NCBI GenBank assembly: GCA_013112715.1
Contig: JABFGB010000014.1
Location: 16,509 to 80,508, forward strand
Reading direction: 5' to 3'
Source of the DNA: Chloroflexota bacterium
GTDB lineage: Bacteria > Chloroflexota > Anaerolineae > Aggregatilineales > J027
DNA length: 64,000 bases
The position numbers and the translations under genes are program-made. The notes under the pieces were generated by a model. The model made no database searches. It saw only the letters and a program-made list of their open reading frames with translations, and was not told the origin of the DNA. This document shows positions 19,620-28,524 of this stretch, one piece after another (within the stretch, counting starts at the first letter, position 1; each line of letters begins with the position of its first letter).

Positions 19620-20654
19620 ATGACATTTTTACAGGCCGCTATTGAAGTCCTACGCCAAGCTGATCGTCCCTTATCCGTCGCGGAAATTACCCGCACGGCA
19701 TTGGAGGCAGGATTGATTGACACAATGGGCCAAACTCCCCGTCAAACGATGGCCTCGGTCATTATTGCCAGCCTGCGCCATGAGCACGATGGCATTGAAA
19801 TTTCGCCATTTAAGCGGGTTGAGCGAGGCCGCTATACCCTTCGTGGAGAAGATGACCCCATCCCCGAAAATGTGATAGATAATGCCATTTTTCGGCAGCA
19901 TGGTGAGTTTTTGAGCTATAAGGATGCCGCCTATGAAGTCCTAAAATCCGAAGGGCGAGCCATGTCATATGCCGAAATCACCCAAATCGCGCTGGAATTG
20001 GGCCTGATTAATCCACAGGGTATGACACCGGAAGCCTCACTTTCAGCGCAACTCTATACCGATATTCAAGAAAATGGCTTGTCTTCGGCTTTTCGACGGG
20101 AAGGGCCGGGAATGTTTGGTTTGGCGGAATGGGAAAGTGAGGTGGACACCATTTCGCGCATGGCGGAAAAACAGCGCCATGAGGTCAAGCGCCAGCTAAA
20201 AAATGTGCTACTGAATGTTGACCCCTATGCGTTTGAGCATCTTATCGGACGGCTGCTTGGCAAAATGGGGTATAACAATATCATCGTCACAGACCGTTCG
20301 GCGGATGGGGGCATTGATATTGTCGCGGAGGTGCGAGTTGGGATTTTGCAGGCCCGTACCGCGATTCAGGTCAAACGTACCAGCGGCAATGTCGGGCGGC
20401 CTGTCGTCAGCCAATTTCGCGGCGATATGTTGGCGATGGGGGATATAGATCAAGGGTTGGTGATGACCACTGCCGCGTTTACCAAAGGAGCGATGGAGGT
20501 GGCCCGATTACCCAACACCGCGCCGATTATTTTGATTGATGGCGACAAACTGACCGATCTGCTGATTGAGCATCGCATCGGGGTGCGGGTAGAGCAGGTG
20601 GCCGTTGTGAGCTTTGACAGCGATAGTTTGGTGATTGAGGAGGTGGGGGATTAA
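19620..20654 (+). CDS. Mrr-like (type IV-like) restriction endonuclease with two N-terminal HARE-HTH domains
   Basis: Two HARE-HTH-like modules (MTFLQAAIEVLRQADRPLSVAEI...; LSYKDAAYEVLKSEGRAMSYAEI...). Mrr catalytic core FEHLIGRLLGKMGY...DGGIDIVAE...AIQVKR. No adjacent methyltransferase. Confidence 0.8.
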   Translation: MTFLQAAIEVLRQADRPLSVAEITRTALEAGLIDTMGQTPRQTMASVIIASLRHEHDGIEISPFKRVERGRYTLRGEDDPIPENVIDNAIFRQHGEFLSYKDAAYEVLKSEGRAMSYAEITQIALELGLINPQGMTPEASLSAQLYTDIQENGLSSAFRREGPGMFGLAEWESEVDTISRMAEKQRHEVKRQLKNVLLNVDPYAFEHLIGRLLGKMGYNNIIVTDRSADGGIDIVAEVRVGILQARTAIQVKRTSGNVGRPVVSQFRGDMLAMGDIDQGLVMTTAAFTKGAMEVARLPNTAPIILIDGDKLTDLLIEHRIGVRVEQVAVVSFDSDSLVIEEVGD

Positions 20655-21622
20655 ATTCTATCCGCCTTCGCCAAATTACAGCGCCGGCAAAGGAGTTGCA
20701 CATTGGTAATTGTGCTTGCCCCGCCTTTGCTAAATGGAATGATATGGTCAAATTCCAAGTAAGAAGTTGACCCACATTGGGTACATTTTCCTTGATCTCT
20801 CTGCCACACAGCCGTTTTGACATCCTGTGGAATATGGCGACTTACCTCACTATCATCTTGTGGAGCAAGTAGTTGGCGCTTTGCGATACGGGTTAGGGTC
20901 AGTAATACGGCTTGAACTAGCACTGCATCAGCGACTTGATATAGCCCATTGCCTTTCTTTGTAGAAAGTTCAACATAAACCCCTTGTGATTCACGTTCAA
21001 CTCTTAAGACATTTTTCCAAATGATTGTTGTGGGATTTGAACTAGATAGGAAATACAGTTTTTTGTTAGTTGCGACAAGACGACCTATTACCTGAGTCAC
21101 CTTTGAAGTGCCGACTTGGTGATAACGCGCATCTACTTCCAGATGGCATGTTTCATCTGATTCAAGCTGCACAGTTGGATTTACAGAGGGTAGTTTTCCA
21201 AGCCGTATTGCAGAAATTTCTTTCATATACTGGAATCTATCAACTAATGGCCTCCCCATTTCATATGGTAGCGCCAATAGCATATACAATTCTTTGAAAT
21301 TTGCATCTTCTTCATCGTTGATGATGCCATCTGCTGCGATGAAAGCAAGTGTTCGCTCCAAGAAATACATTGCGTCACCCCGAACAAACTGAAGGGCTTC
21401 ACTCCAATCGAGATTTAATTGAGCCACGCCGTTTTTAAGGCCCGCAATCTCTTCGTTGGATAGTAAACCGTCAGCACAGTATTTGAGAAAGGCTTGGCGA
21501 AAGCCATTCAGCCCGGATGCGACTTCTTTTTCACAATTGCTGCAACGATTCGTATTTTTGTTGAAGCCTAGTGACCCACTGAGAAGACCAACTTCTTTTT
21601 TGCAGCGAATACATGTTGGCAT
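20651..21622 (-). CDS. Multidomain HNH endonuclease (zinc ribbon, TerB-like, bacterial PH-like, HNH)
   Basis: CIRCKK...CSNCEK; two ADG-x-(L/I)-x-x-EE TerB-like motifs; a PH/GRAM-like segment (IGRLVATNKKLYFLSS...VYVELSTKKG); the HNH motif CTQCGSTSYLEFDHIIPFSKGG...NVQLLCRRCN. Confidence 0.75.
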   Translation of the reverse strand: MPTCIRCKKEVGLLSGSLGFNKNTNRCSNCEKEVASGLNGFRQAFLKYCADGLLSNEEIAGLKNGVAQLNLDWSEALQFVRGDAMYFLERTLAFIAADGIINDEEDANFKELYMLLALPYEMGRPLVDRFQYMKEISAIRLGKLPSVNPTVQLESDETCHLEVDARYHQVGTSKVTQVIGRLVATNKKLYFLSSSNPTTIIWKNVLRVERESQGVYVELSTKKGNGLYQVADAVLVQAVLLTLTRIAKRQLLAPQDDSEVSRHIPQDVKTAVWQRDQGKCTQCGSTSYLEFDHIIPFSKGGASTITNVQLLCRRCNLAKADRI

Positions 21623-21724
21623 GATATTTCCTCAAATAAAGACAGATATTAGCAATGTGTATGGTGATTTATGCTAGTTATTATAGCCCATTGAATTTAA
21701 ATTTCACTAAATCTGTCTTGAACC

Positions 21725-23122
21725 CTATAATGGTGATATAGCGGCTTCTGGCGTAATCGTCTGCTCCGAAGTATCTTCAATTGCTTGTACCTGAACATCG
21801 AGAACATGGTCAGGTACGGATTTTTCAACATTTCGTATCGCTGGCAACAGATACCCCGCCAATCCAATAACAATCATCATAAGCGACGAGCCGATATAAA
21901 TCACGGCTATCCCTGCGCCTTTTTCAGTACCGACCAGCCACCCGAAAATCGTGCTCAAATTGCCATCCGGATGCATCGCAGGCTCAAATACTTGGTCGGC
22001 TAATGGCCCTGCTATCAAAGTGGCCGCCGCTGTCAAAATGCCTTCGAGCAGATAGTTAAACGCAAACACACGCCCTTGAATATCCGGCTCAACTTTTGAC
22101 ATCCAAATGCTGTCAATCGCGCCACCACGTACTGGAAAATTGAAGGACGAAAAAATTTGGGCAGGGAACCAGACGATTAGACCTTGCCCCAAGCCAAAAA
22201 TCGTCTTGGCGATGCCTGCACCAATCGTGCCCAACAAAAACGGATGGATACGCCGAAATCTGCCACCACCCCAAGCACTCATAAAAATCGCCCCGGTAAT
22301 GCCGCCAATGCCTGCTGCGGTACTGACAGCGGCTAAGGTACGGGCACTATCGCCACTGCGTGCCAAGACCAGCGGGGCATAGAGAGCGCCGCCGAGATCA
22401 TGCACCAGCCAGAAGATTACGGCAATCAAGGATAGGGCAAAAAGATTTGGGCGGGCACGCAGATAACGAAAACCGTAGCTGATTTCCGTCCACCAATTCT
22501 GGCGGCTTTCCCGTCCGGCGTCGGTTTCGGCGGCACGCGGAATATGAGCCAGTGCAAGGGTGGTTAGGGCTATTGAGAGGGTGATCAGGTCAACCAGCAT
22601 AATCCCCGGTAGTTTGACAGTGTAATACAACACCCCGGCGAAGGCTGGCCCGATAATGGAAGCTCCATAATTCGTCACAAAACGCAGACCGCTGGCACGG
22701 GCATATTGCTCACGGGGAACGAGCAGTGTGATCGAGGCCGAAAATGCGATGCCCTGCAATTGGCTAAAGACTGTGTTCACGGCGCTGGTGATATACAGAT
22801 GCCAGATTTCCAGATGACCCATGAGATAGAGAATCAGCAGCACAATAGTCGAAAGACCTGCAACTAGATCACTGCTTATAATCAAGCGCTTGCGATCCCA
22901 GCGATCAACCAACATCCCCGCAATCGGCGCGACAAAAATGGTCGGCAGGATACTGAAAAAGATCATCAAGGCAACGGATGTGGCTTGGCCTGATTGTCCC
23001 CACAGCCACAGCGTCAGTCCAAAATGGGTCATGCGACTGCCAATTTGAGAGACGGTTTGACCGAACCAAATTCGTAAAAAGGTTCGCATCCCCTGTGGGA
23101 GCGAGGATAGTCGTGTAGTCAT
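21725..23122 (-). CDS. MFS transporter (EntS/MFS_3-like)
   Basis: About 12 predicted TM segments and the loop motif GMLVDRWDRKRL. Confidence 0.8.
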   Translation of the reverse strand: MTTRLSSLPQGMRTFLRIWFGQTVSQIGSRMTHFGLTLWLWGQSGQATSVALMIFFSILPTIFVAPIAGMLVDRWDRKRLIISSDLVAGLSTIVLLILYLMGHLEIWHLYITSAVNTVFSQLQGIAFSASITLLVPREQYARASGLRFVTNYGASIIGPAFAGVLYYTVKLPGIMLVDLITLSIALTTLALAHIPRAAETDAGRESRQNWWTEISYGFRYLRARPNLFALSLIAVIFWLVHDLGGALYAPLVLARSGDSARTLAAVSTAAGIGGITGAIFMSAWGGGRFRRIHPFLLGTIGAGIAKTIFGLGQGLIVWFPAQIFSSFNFPVRGGAIDSIWMSKVEPDIQGRVFAFNYLLEGILTAAATLIAGPLADQVFEPAMHPDGNLSTIFGWLVGTEKGAGIAVIYIGSSLMMIVIGLAGYLLPAIRNVEKSVPDHVLDVQVQAIEDTSEQTITPEAAISPL

Positions 23123-23138
23123 GAGGGATTCAATTCAA

Positions 23139-23765
23139 TTATGTCAGGGTGGTTTGCCAATCGGCGATACACTGGGCGAGATGTGTAGTAATCAATCCTT
23201 CTTCAACCACCCATTCCAAACTTTGAGTGAGGGGGAACAAGGCTCGAATATCTTCAATGCCATGCTGATGGAAGGCTTCGTAGCGGCCTTGCCGTGCATC
23301 TACCAAGCTAAGGATGCGCTTGACCGGAATGCCGACCCGCGCCGCCCGATCTGCAATTTGTAATTCAGTGGTTCCATCTATCAGCACGTCGGTGAGCAGG
23401 GTGGTGGGGTGGCCGACATCGGCTGCGCCTTCAATGGCAAACGCGGCGGTGTAGGATTTGATTTCGCCATAGGGATAGAGCATGGGGACATCGGTTAACG
23501 TCGCCAGCACCCCACCTAACGCGGTTGTGTTACGTGTAGTCAGTAACCTGTCGCGTTCACTCATTGGAGAGTAGAAGGTAGCCAATAACTCCGCCGTCCA
23601 TTTCATCAGCCTCGGAAACGACGGCAGAAGGGTCAAATGGAACGATATGGGCCAAAACTCGCCATTTTCGGCCTGAAATCGTCCAAAAAGGATCAATCCG
23701 GCACGGGCATACTCTACAAATAAGCCATGCCGTGCCTCAATCTGAATAGGTGAATTGTCCAACAT
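23139..23765 (-). CDS. Divergent phosphoribosyltransferase-like (OPRT-like) protein
   Basis: GLILFGRFQ...SFHLTLL resembles the OPRT N-terminus. TLLTDVLIDGTTELQ sits where the PRPP loop should be. ATG 23765 lies 4 nt after the cinA stop, and the longer ORF overlaps cinA. Confidence 0.5.
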   Translation of the reverse strand: MLDNSPIQIEARHGLFVEYARAGLILFGRFQAENGEFWPISFHLTLLPSFPRLMKWTAELLATFYSPMSERDRLLTTRNTTALGGVLATLTDVPMLYPYGEIKSYTAAFAIEGAADVGHPTTLLTDVLIDGTTELQIADRAARVGIPVKRILSLVDARQGRYEAFHQHGIEDIRALFPLTQSLEWVVEEGLITTHLAQCIADWQTTLT

Positions 23766-23769
23766 GACC

Positions 23770-24981
23770 TCAACCAGAGGGGTGCAAATCGTGCAGAATC
23801 TTCCACGCCATACTAAGTCCCCATGTCGCGGCCCATGTTGGGGCTTGAGTGGCTTCGCCACCATAGCCATACGAACGGGCACGGGTTTCATTCTCGCTGG
23901 CAACGGCGATGGCTGTTCCGTGATCGCTGGTGGCGATGGCGATGGCTGCAATGGCTTGGCTGTTTTTGAGTGTATGGCGGGCGATATTTTCAACATGCCC
24001 TTTCAAATCGGCATGTTCGGCATCGGGGTCAAGTTCGGGTAGGGCGCTGTGTAATCCGGTAAGACCATCATAAACCGAAGCGGATTCGATGACCGCTTCG
24101 CCACCAGATGCCTGTTTAACCCGGTCCCGTAATGTACCACCCGTGCCCGTTTCCCAAAGCGCGACCTTGCCGCCGATTTTTTGGAGGAGGCCGACCACTG
24201 CACCCTCGAGCGGGTCTTTGCCTGTACCATAGATAAAATCACCGAGCCGCTGGCGCACGATATGTTCAATTTTGGCGATCATCTCATCCGCTTCGACTTC
24301 GGTATCAGCGCGGGCTGTGATGCGAATATCTGTTTGTCCCGTGTGTGCTGCCAGCCCGACTGTCGGATTAGCATAGGTCATCAAATCAGCGATTTTTTCA
24401 TCAATCAGGCTTTCCCCGATGCCTGCCGTTTTTAATACCAGTGCCTTGATAATGCCTTTTTGCCCCATCTTTTCTTGTAGATAGGGGATGACTCGCTGAC
24501 TGAGCAGGAATTTCATCTCGCTGGGCACACCGGGCAAACTGATAATAATGCCCTGCTCATCTTCCACGATGTAACATGGGGCTGTGCCAACCGGATTTTC
24601 AATCGGAATCGCTCCGGCAGGGATATGCGCCTGCTGGCGATTATTTTCACTCATGCGTGACCCAAAACGGCGGAAACGCTCGGCGATCTGGTCAAGCAGC
24701 TCTTGACGAAATTCCAGCGGACGGCCTGTCGCATCGGCAACGGCTTGGCGGGTCATATCATCAACCGTTGGGCCAAGACCACCCGTTGTAATAACTAGGT
24801 CGCTGCGGGAGAGGCCCAATTGAATAGACTGGGTAATGCGCGGTAGGTTGTCGCCTACGCTGGTCACATAAAATAAATTCACCCCGATGTCACGCAGGGT
24901 TCGCGCAATGTGGGTTGAATTGGTGTCAGTGATTTCGCCTAACAAAAGTTCCGTGCCGATGGCAATGATTTCGGCGTTCAT
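23770..24981 (-). CDS. cinA: CinA-family protein (MoCF-type domain plus nicotinamide-nucleotide amidase domain)
   Basis: MNAEIIAIGTELLLGEITDTNS, VITTGGLGPTVDDMT, and a C-terminal CinA/PncC-like domain. Confidence 0.9.
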   Translation of the reverse strand: MNAEIIAIGTELLLGEITDTNSTHIARTLRDIGVNLFYVTSVGDNLPRITQSIQLGLSRSDLVITTGGLGPTVDDMTRQAVADATGRPLEFRQELLDQIAERFRRFGSRMSENNRQQAHIPAGAIPIENPVGTAPCYIVEDEQGIIISLPGVPSEMKFLLSQRVIPYLQEKMGQKGIIKALVLKTAGIGESLIDEKIADLMTYANPTVGLAAHTGQTDIRITARADTEVEADEMIAKIEHIVRQRLGDFIYGTGKDPLEGAVVGLLQKIGGKVALWETGTGGTLRDRVKQASGGEAVIESASVYDGLTGLHSALPELDPDAEHADLKGHVENIARHTLKNSQAIAAIAIATSDHGTAIAVASENETRARSYGYGGEATQAPTWAATWGLSMAWKILHDLHPSG

Positions 24982-24989
24982 GCAGAGGG

Positions 24990-25490
24990 CTACTCCTCGG
25001 ATTGTTGAGAATACATAATTTGTTCACGGATTTGCATGTCCGCACCACGAATTTTGGTGGCAAGATCAGTTGCCAGATTAAACATCAGCCGATAGCCCAG
25101 CTGGGGATACATATCGCACAGATTAATCAAGCGCTGACGTGGGATGATGATCAATGTTGTTCCATTTTTGACGCAGCGCGCCGTCGCTGAACGCAGTCCT
25201 TCATCTAACAAAGCCACTTCACCGAAGGATTGCCCGATGCGAAAGGTCGCAACGGTGCGTGGGCCGGTCAATCTGCCCGTGTTACCCTTGCCAAAAATAG
25301 CAGTGTCAACCTGAATAGCAATTTCTCCCTCCGCAACGACATATAGCTCGGCACTGGCCGAGTTTTCCGTAAAAATCACATCGCCATCGTTGTACGTCTG
25401 TGTTTGGCAAATGGAGGCGATTAATTCTAATTGGGTCGGGGTTAAATCGTAAAAAATATCGGCCTCTTTGAGAATCGGGGTGATGGACAT
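24990..25490 (-). CDS. Stand-alone cyclic nucleotide-binding domain protein
   Basis: cNMP-binding pattern (FGEVALLDEGLRSATARC) with no DNA-binding domain. Start chosen at ATG 25490. Confidence 0.75.
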   Translation of the reverse strand: MSITPILKEADIFYDLTPTQLELIASICQTQTYNDGDVIFTENSASAELYVVAEGEIAIQVDTAIFGKGNTGRLTGPRTVATFRIGQSFGEVALLDEGLRSATARCVKNGTTLIIIPRQRLINLCDMYPQLGYRLMFNLATDLATKIRGADMQIREQIMYSQQSEE

Positions 25491-25604
25491 GGGTATGCAC
25501 TCCACAAAACCAGCTAATGGTGAGACTTGTGTCATTATAGCACGCCCTTTTGGTCAATTGCAGGCCATTGTTATAATGATGAAGATGGATTTGGAGGTTA
25601 CAGA

Positions 25605-25982
25605 ATGCCGACCAATACCACTCGAAGACTGCTTGGTCAGCAAGGTGAAGGCGTTGTCACTCAGCACTTGCTTGGTTTGGGTTGGCAGTTAGTTGAACGG
25701 AATTGGCGCTGTCGGGCGGGCGAAATAGATTTGATTATGCAGGATGGCAAGACGCTGGTGATTGTGGAAGTGCGCACTCGACGTGGCAAGGTGGCGATGG
25801 AAAACGCACTGGCAAGTGTGAATGCTCGTAAACAGGCGAAATTGATGGAATTAACCGCGACCTACCGACTGGAAAAAAATATAGACGATACCACCCCCAT
25901 TCGCGTAGATGTGGTCGGGGTTGCGCTTGCCACTGATGGCACATTCGCAATAAAGGTGATTCACGATGCCCTTAGCTGGTGA
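25605..25982 (+). CDS. yraN: YraN-family (UPF0102) endonuclease-like protein
   Basis: GEGVVTQHLLGLGWQLVERNWRCRAGEIDLIMQDGKTLVIVEVRTR. GGAGG lies 7 nt upstream of ATG 25605. Confidence 0.85.
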   Translation: MPTNTTRRLLGQQGEGVVTQHLLGLGWQLVERNWRCRAGEIDLIMQDGKTLVIVEVRTRRGKVAMENALASVNARKQAKLMELTATYRLEKNIDDTTPIRVDVVGVALATDGTFAIKVIHDALSW

Positions 25983-26928
25983 AATCCTTGCGTGTCGTCC
26001 GGTGGTGGTCATCATTGGCCCGACAGCGGTGGGCAAAACCGATACAGCGATCCAAGTGGCGCAGGCTCTTGATGGCGAGATTATCAGCGCCGACAGCCGC
26101 CAAGTCTATCATTATATGGACATTGGGACGGCGAAGCCTACCGCCGAACAACGGGCGGCTATGCCCCATTATTTGATAGATGTCGTAACACCTGACCAGT
26201 TTTATACGGCTGTTGATTTTCAGACCCAAGCCGCTACTGCCATTGAGGACATTCATGCTCGCGGCAAACTCCCGTTGATTGTTGGCGGGACGGGCCAATA
26301 TATTTCGGCATTGCTGGAAGGCTGGCAGTTCCCCGAAGTGCAGGCTAATTACGAACTGCGCTCGGAATTGGAAGCCTATGCCGAGGCACATGGTTGGGAA
26401 GCCCTACTAGAGCGATTACGAGGTGTTGACCCTGTAACCGCCGAACGGATTGATGGGCGGAATATCCGGCGGGTGGTGCGGGCGTTAGAAGTCTCTTTGG
26501 AATCAGGACGACCTTTTTCGGAGTTTCAGCAAAAACACCCACCTGCTTATGACGTTCTGCAATTTGGCCTGACATTGGATCGGGCTGTCTTATATGAACG
26601 GGCAGATCGGCGGGTGGATCAAATGGTTGAGATGGGCTTGGTGGAGGAGGTTCGCGCTCTGGTCGAAGCAGGCTATACTTGGAATTTGTCGGCGATGAGT
26701 GGATTAGGGTATCTGCAAATTGGGTATTATTTGCGCGGCGAGATGTCGTTGGATGGGGCCCTGACCGATTTATGTCACCAGACCCACGCCTTCATTCGAC
26801 GACAGTACACTTGGTTTCGTAAATATAACGCGGCGGCCCAATGGCTCGAGAGTAATACTGAGGCCGCTAATCAGATAAACACGCAGATTCAGCAATGGCT
26901 TGCTGCACGGGCTGAAAAGGGTGAATGA
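25966..26928 (+). CDS. miaA: tRNA dimethylallyltransferase
   Basis: IIGPTAVGKT P-loop, SADSRQVYHYMDIGTAKP, GGTGQY. Confidence 0.93.
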   Translation: MPLAGEILACRPVVVIIGPTAVGKTDTAIQVAQALDGEIISADSRQVYHYMDIGTAKPTAEQRAAMPHYLIDVVTPDQFYTAVDFQTQAATAIEDIHARGKLPLIVGGTGQYISALLEGWQFPEVQANYELRSELEAYAEAHGWEALLERLRGVDPVTAERIDGRNIRRVVRALEVSLESGRPFSEFQQKHPPAYDVLQFGLTLDRAVLYERADRRVDQMVEMGLVEEVRALVEAGYTWNLSAMSGLGYLQIGYYLRGEMSLDGALTDLCHQTHAFIRRQYTWFRKYNAAAQWLESNTEAANQINTQIQQWLAARAEKGE

Positions 26929-27722
26929 TGAATGTAATCAGAGGCGCAAGGGGTCGAGCATCGGACGCGGCAGGGGGTGCGTATCGCCGATCCCGACGAT
27001 TCTTTATTGATACCGAAAACACCAAGATAGTTCTGGCTTTGGTGATTCTCGGGGTCACGTTATCACTTGCCATTCCTAACGTATTTCCCGAACTCAAGCG
27101 CAGTGGCCCAGAATGCACGAGCCTAATGTCACCGCCGGGCGGAAATCAACGTTCGATGTTGGCTGAAAATGGTGACACACGACAGGATTTGACCCTAATT
27201 GTGGACATTGACGCGAATCAGACAAATGAAAGGGAAGACCCTCTCATCAAAGTGGGCGAACCTCTCATAGTGGATGTGGTATTCCAAAATGATGACATAG
27301 GGGCAATTACTCTCTATTTTGTGGATGATGCGATTGCTGTTGGCTCTCCAGCTTCCCCTGATTCAGTAGGTGGGATTTATCTCGAAATTCGAAATAAAGC
27401 AACCAATCAACTTTATAGCGGTTCGCTTCAAGGTGTACCTCCAATTATCAATGGTTCCTTTGATTATGAGGATTTACATGTGCTTCAATCACGCCGAAGA
27501 TGCTCAGTAAGGGTTATATTTGAACCCCAGCAATTAGCTGCTATGAATATGGGGGTGGGGGAATACGAAATCCGTGCCTATTACAATAACCCCAATCGCG
27601 GCGTTTTGCCTGCTACTGCTCCCGATGGATCAACCCCAACCGCGACTCCAATGTTCCAAGATCAGGGTGTTTGGAGAGGAAGAATCAATAGTAAAATAGT
27701 GACTTTTGAAATCTCACCGTGA
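26925..27722 (+). CDS. Single-pass membrane protein of unknown function (AT-richer than its neighbours)
   Basis: ATGA overlap with miaA. Arg-rich N-terminus, one TM (IVLALVILGVTLSLAI), then an ectodomain that looks beta-rich. Confidence 0.5.
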   Translation: MMNVIRGARGRASDAAGGAYRRSRRFFIDTENTKIVLALVILGVTLSLAIPNVFPELKRSGPECTSLMSPPGGNQRSMLAENGDTRQDLTLIVDIDANQTNEREDPLIKVGEPLIVDVVFQNDDIGAITLYFVDDAIAVGSPASPDSVGGIYLEIRNKATNQLYSGSLQGVPPIINGSFDYEDLHVLQSRRRCSVRVIFEPQQLAAMNMGVGEYEIRAYYNNPNRGVLPATAPDGSTPTATPMFQDQGVWRGRINSKIVTFEISP

Positions 27723-28517
27723 GGGTGATTTGCCAATCGTATCCGCGAACCAATTTGCCAGCAACACACACATCATGAGCGTCCCCCCCGGCGCTATGAC
27801 CAAAAGGGGTGCTTCACGGATGGTGCGATAGCCCTGTGCTAACATTGTGCCCCAGTCCGGCTGTGAAATATCCCCGCCCAAGCCCAAAAAGGTCAGCGCG
27901 GCCTGATAAATCAGCGACCAGCTAAAAACCACTGATCCGAAGGCAGCTAGGGCAGGTAGAGCCGTTGGAATAATGTGACGCCGTAAAATATAGCGAGGTG
28001 TCGCACCAATGCTGCGTGTGCCCTCAATGAATGGCTGACTTAAAGCGGCGCGTAGGGCATCCGCCGTAACTTGGGCATAGAGTGGGATGCCTGCGATTCC
28101 TAATGCAAGGGCCAATGTCCATAGGCTCGGTTCAAGCGCCGTCAAGATCACCAATGCGGTGAGGATTGATGGGAAGGCGAGCAGGGCATCCAGCAAAATT
28201 GAGAGCAACCAGCGGATTGGCGCGGGGGCGATAATCAATAACCCGCCTAACAGCAGGCCACCAGCAATGGCAATCCCGGTAGCGACAAAGGTTGTGCTGA
28301 GGGTGCGCTGTCCACCGACCATCAATCGGCTAAACACATCCCGCCCCAAATAATCTGTGCCAAGCCAATAATTTTGAGAAGGCGGAGTAATCTCATCCCC
28401 GGAATTGGGGGTTAAAGGGTCGTGAGTGGCGAGTTGAGGTGCGATCAATACAAATCCAGCTAGGATAACAATGGGTAGCCATAATCCAAAATTGACGCGA
28501 TGGGGCAGGGGAGGCAT
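27714..28517 (-). CDS. Peptide ABC transporter permease (DppC/OppC-like)
   Basis: N-terminal YWLGTDYLGRDVFSR motif and multiple TMs. ATG 28517; the alternative is TTG 28541. Confidence 0.85.
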   Translation of the reverse strand: MPPLPHRVNFGLWLPIVILAGFVLIAPQLATHDPLTPNSGDEITPPSQNYWLGTDYLGRDVFSRLMVGGQRTLSTTFVATGIAIAGGLLLGGLLIIAPAPIRWLLSILLDALLAFPSILTALVILTALEPSLWTLALALGIAGIPLYAQVTADALRAALSQPFIEGTRSIGATPRYILRRHIIPTALPALAAFGSVVFSWSLIYQAALTFLGLGGDISQPDWGTMLAQGYRTIREAPLLVIAPGGTLMMCVLLANWFADTIGKSPSR

Positions 28518-28524
28518 GAGGCAA

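Noticed and set aside
21639-21719. A 9-bp inverted repeat, AAGACAGAT/ATCTGTCTT, between the MFS stop and the HNH start.
   Set aside because: The arms are 63 nt apart, too far for a simple terminator. There are no flanking direct repeats or mobile-element genes. It may be an operator or chance.
23766-23996. The 285-aa version of ORF 23139-23996.
   Set aside because: Its first 77 codons overlap the 3' end of a complete cinA and are Pro-rich. An in-frame ATG at 23765 lies 4 nt after the cinA stop and starts the conserved part.
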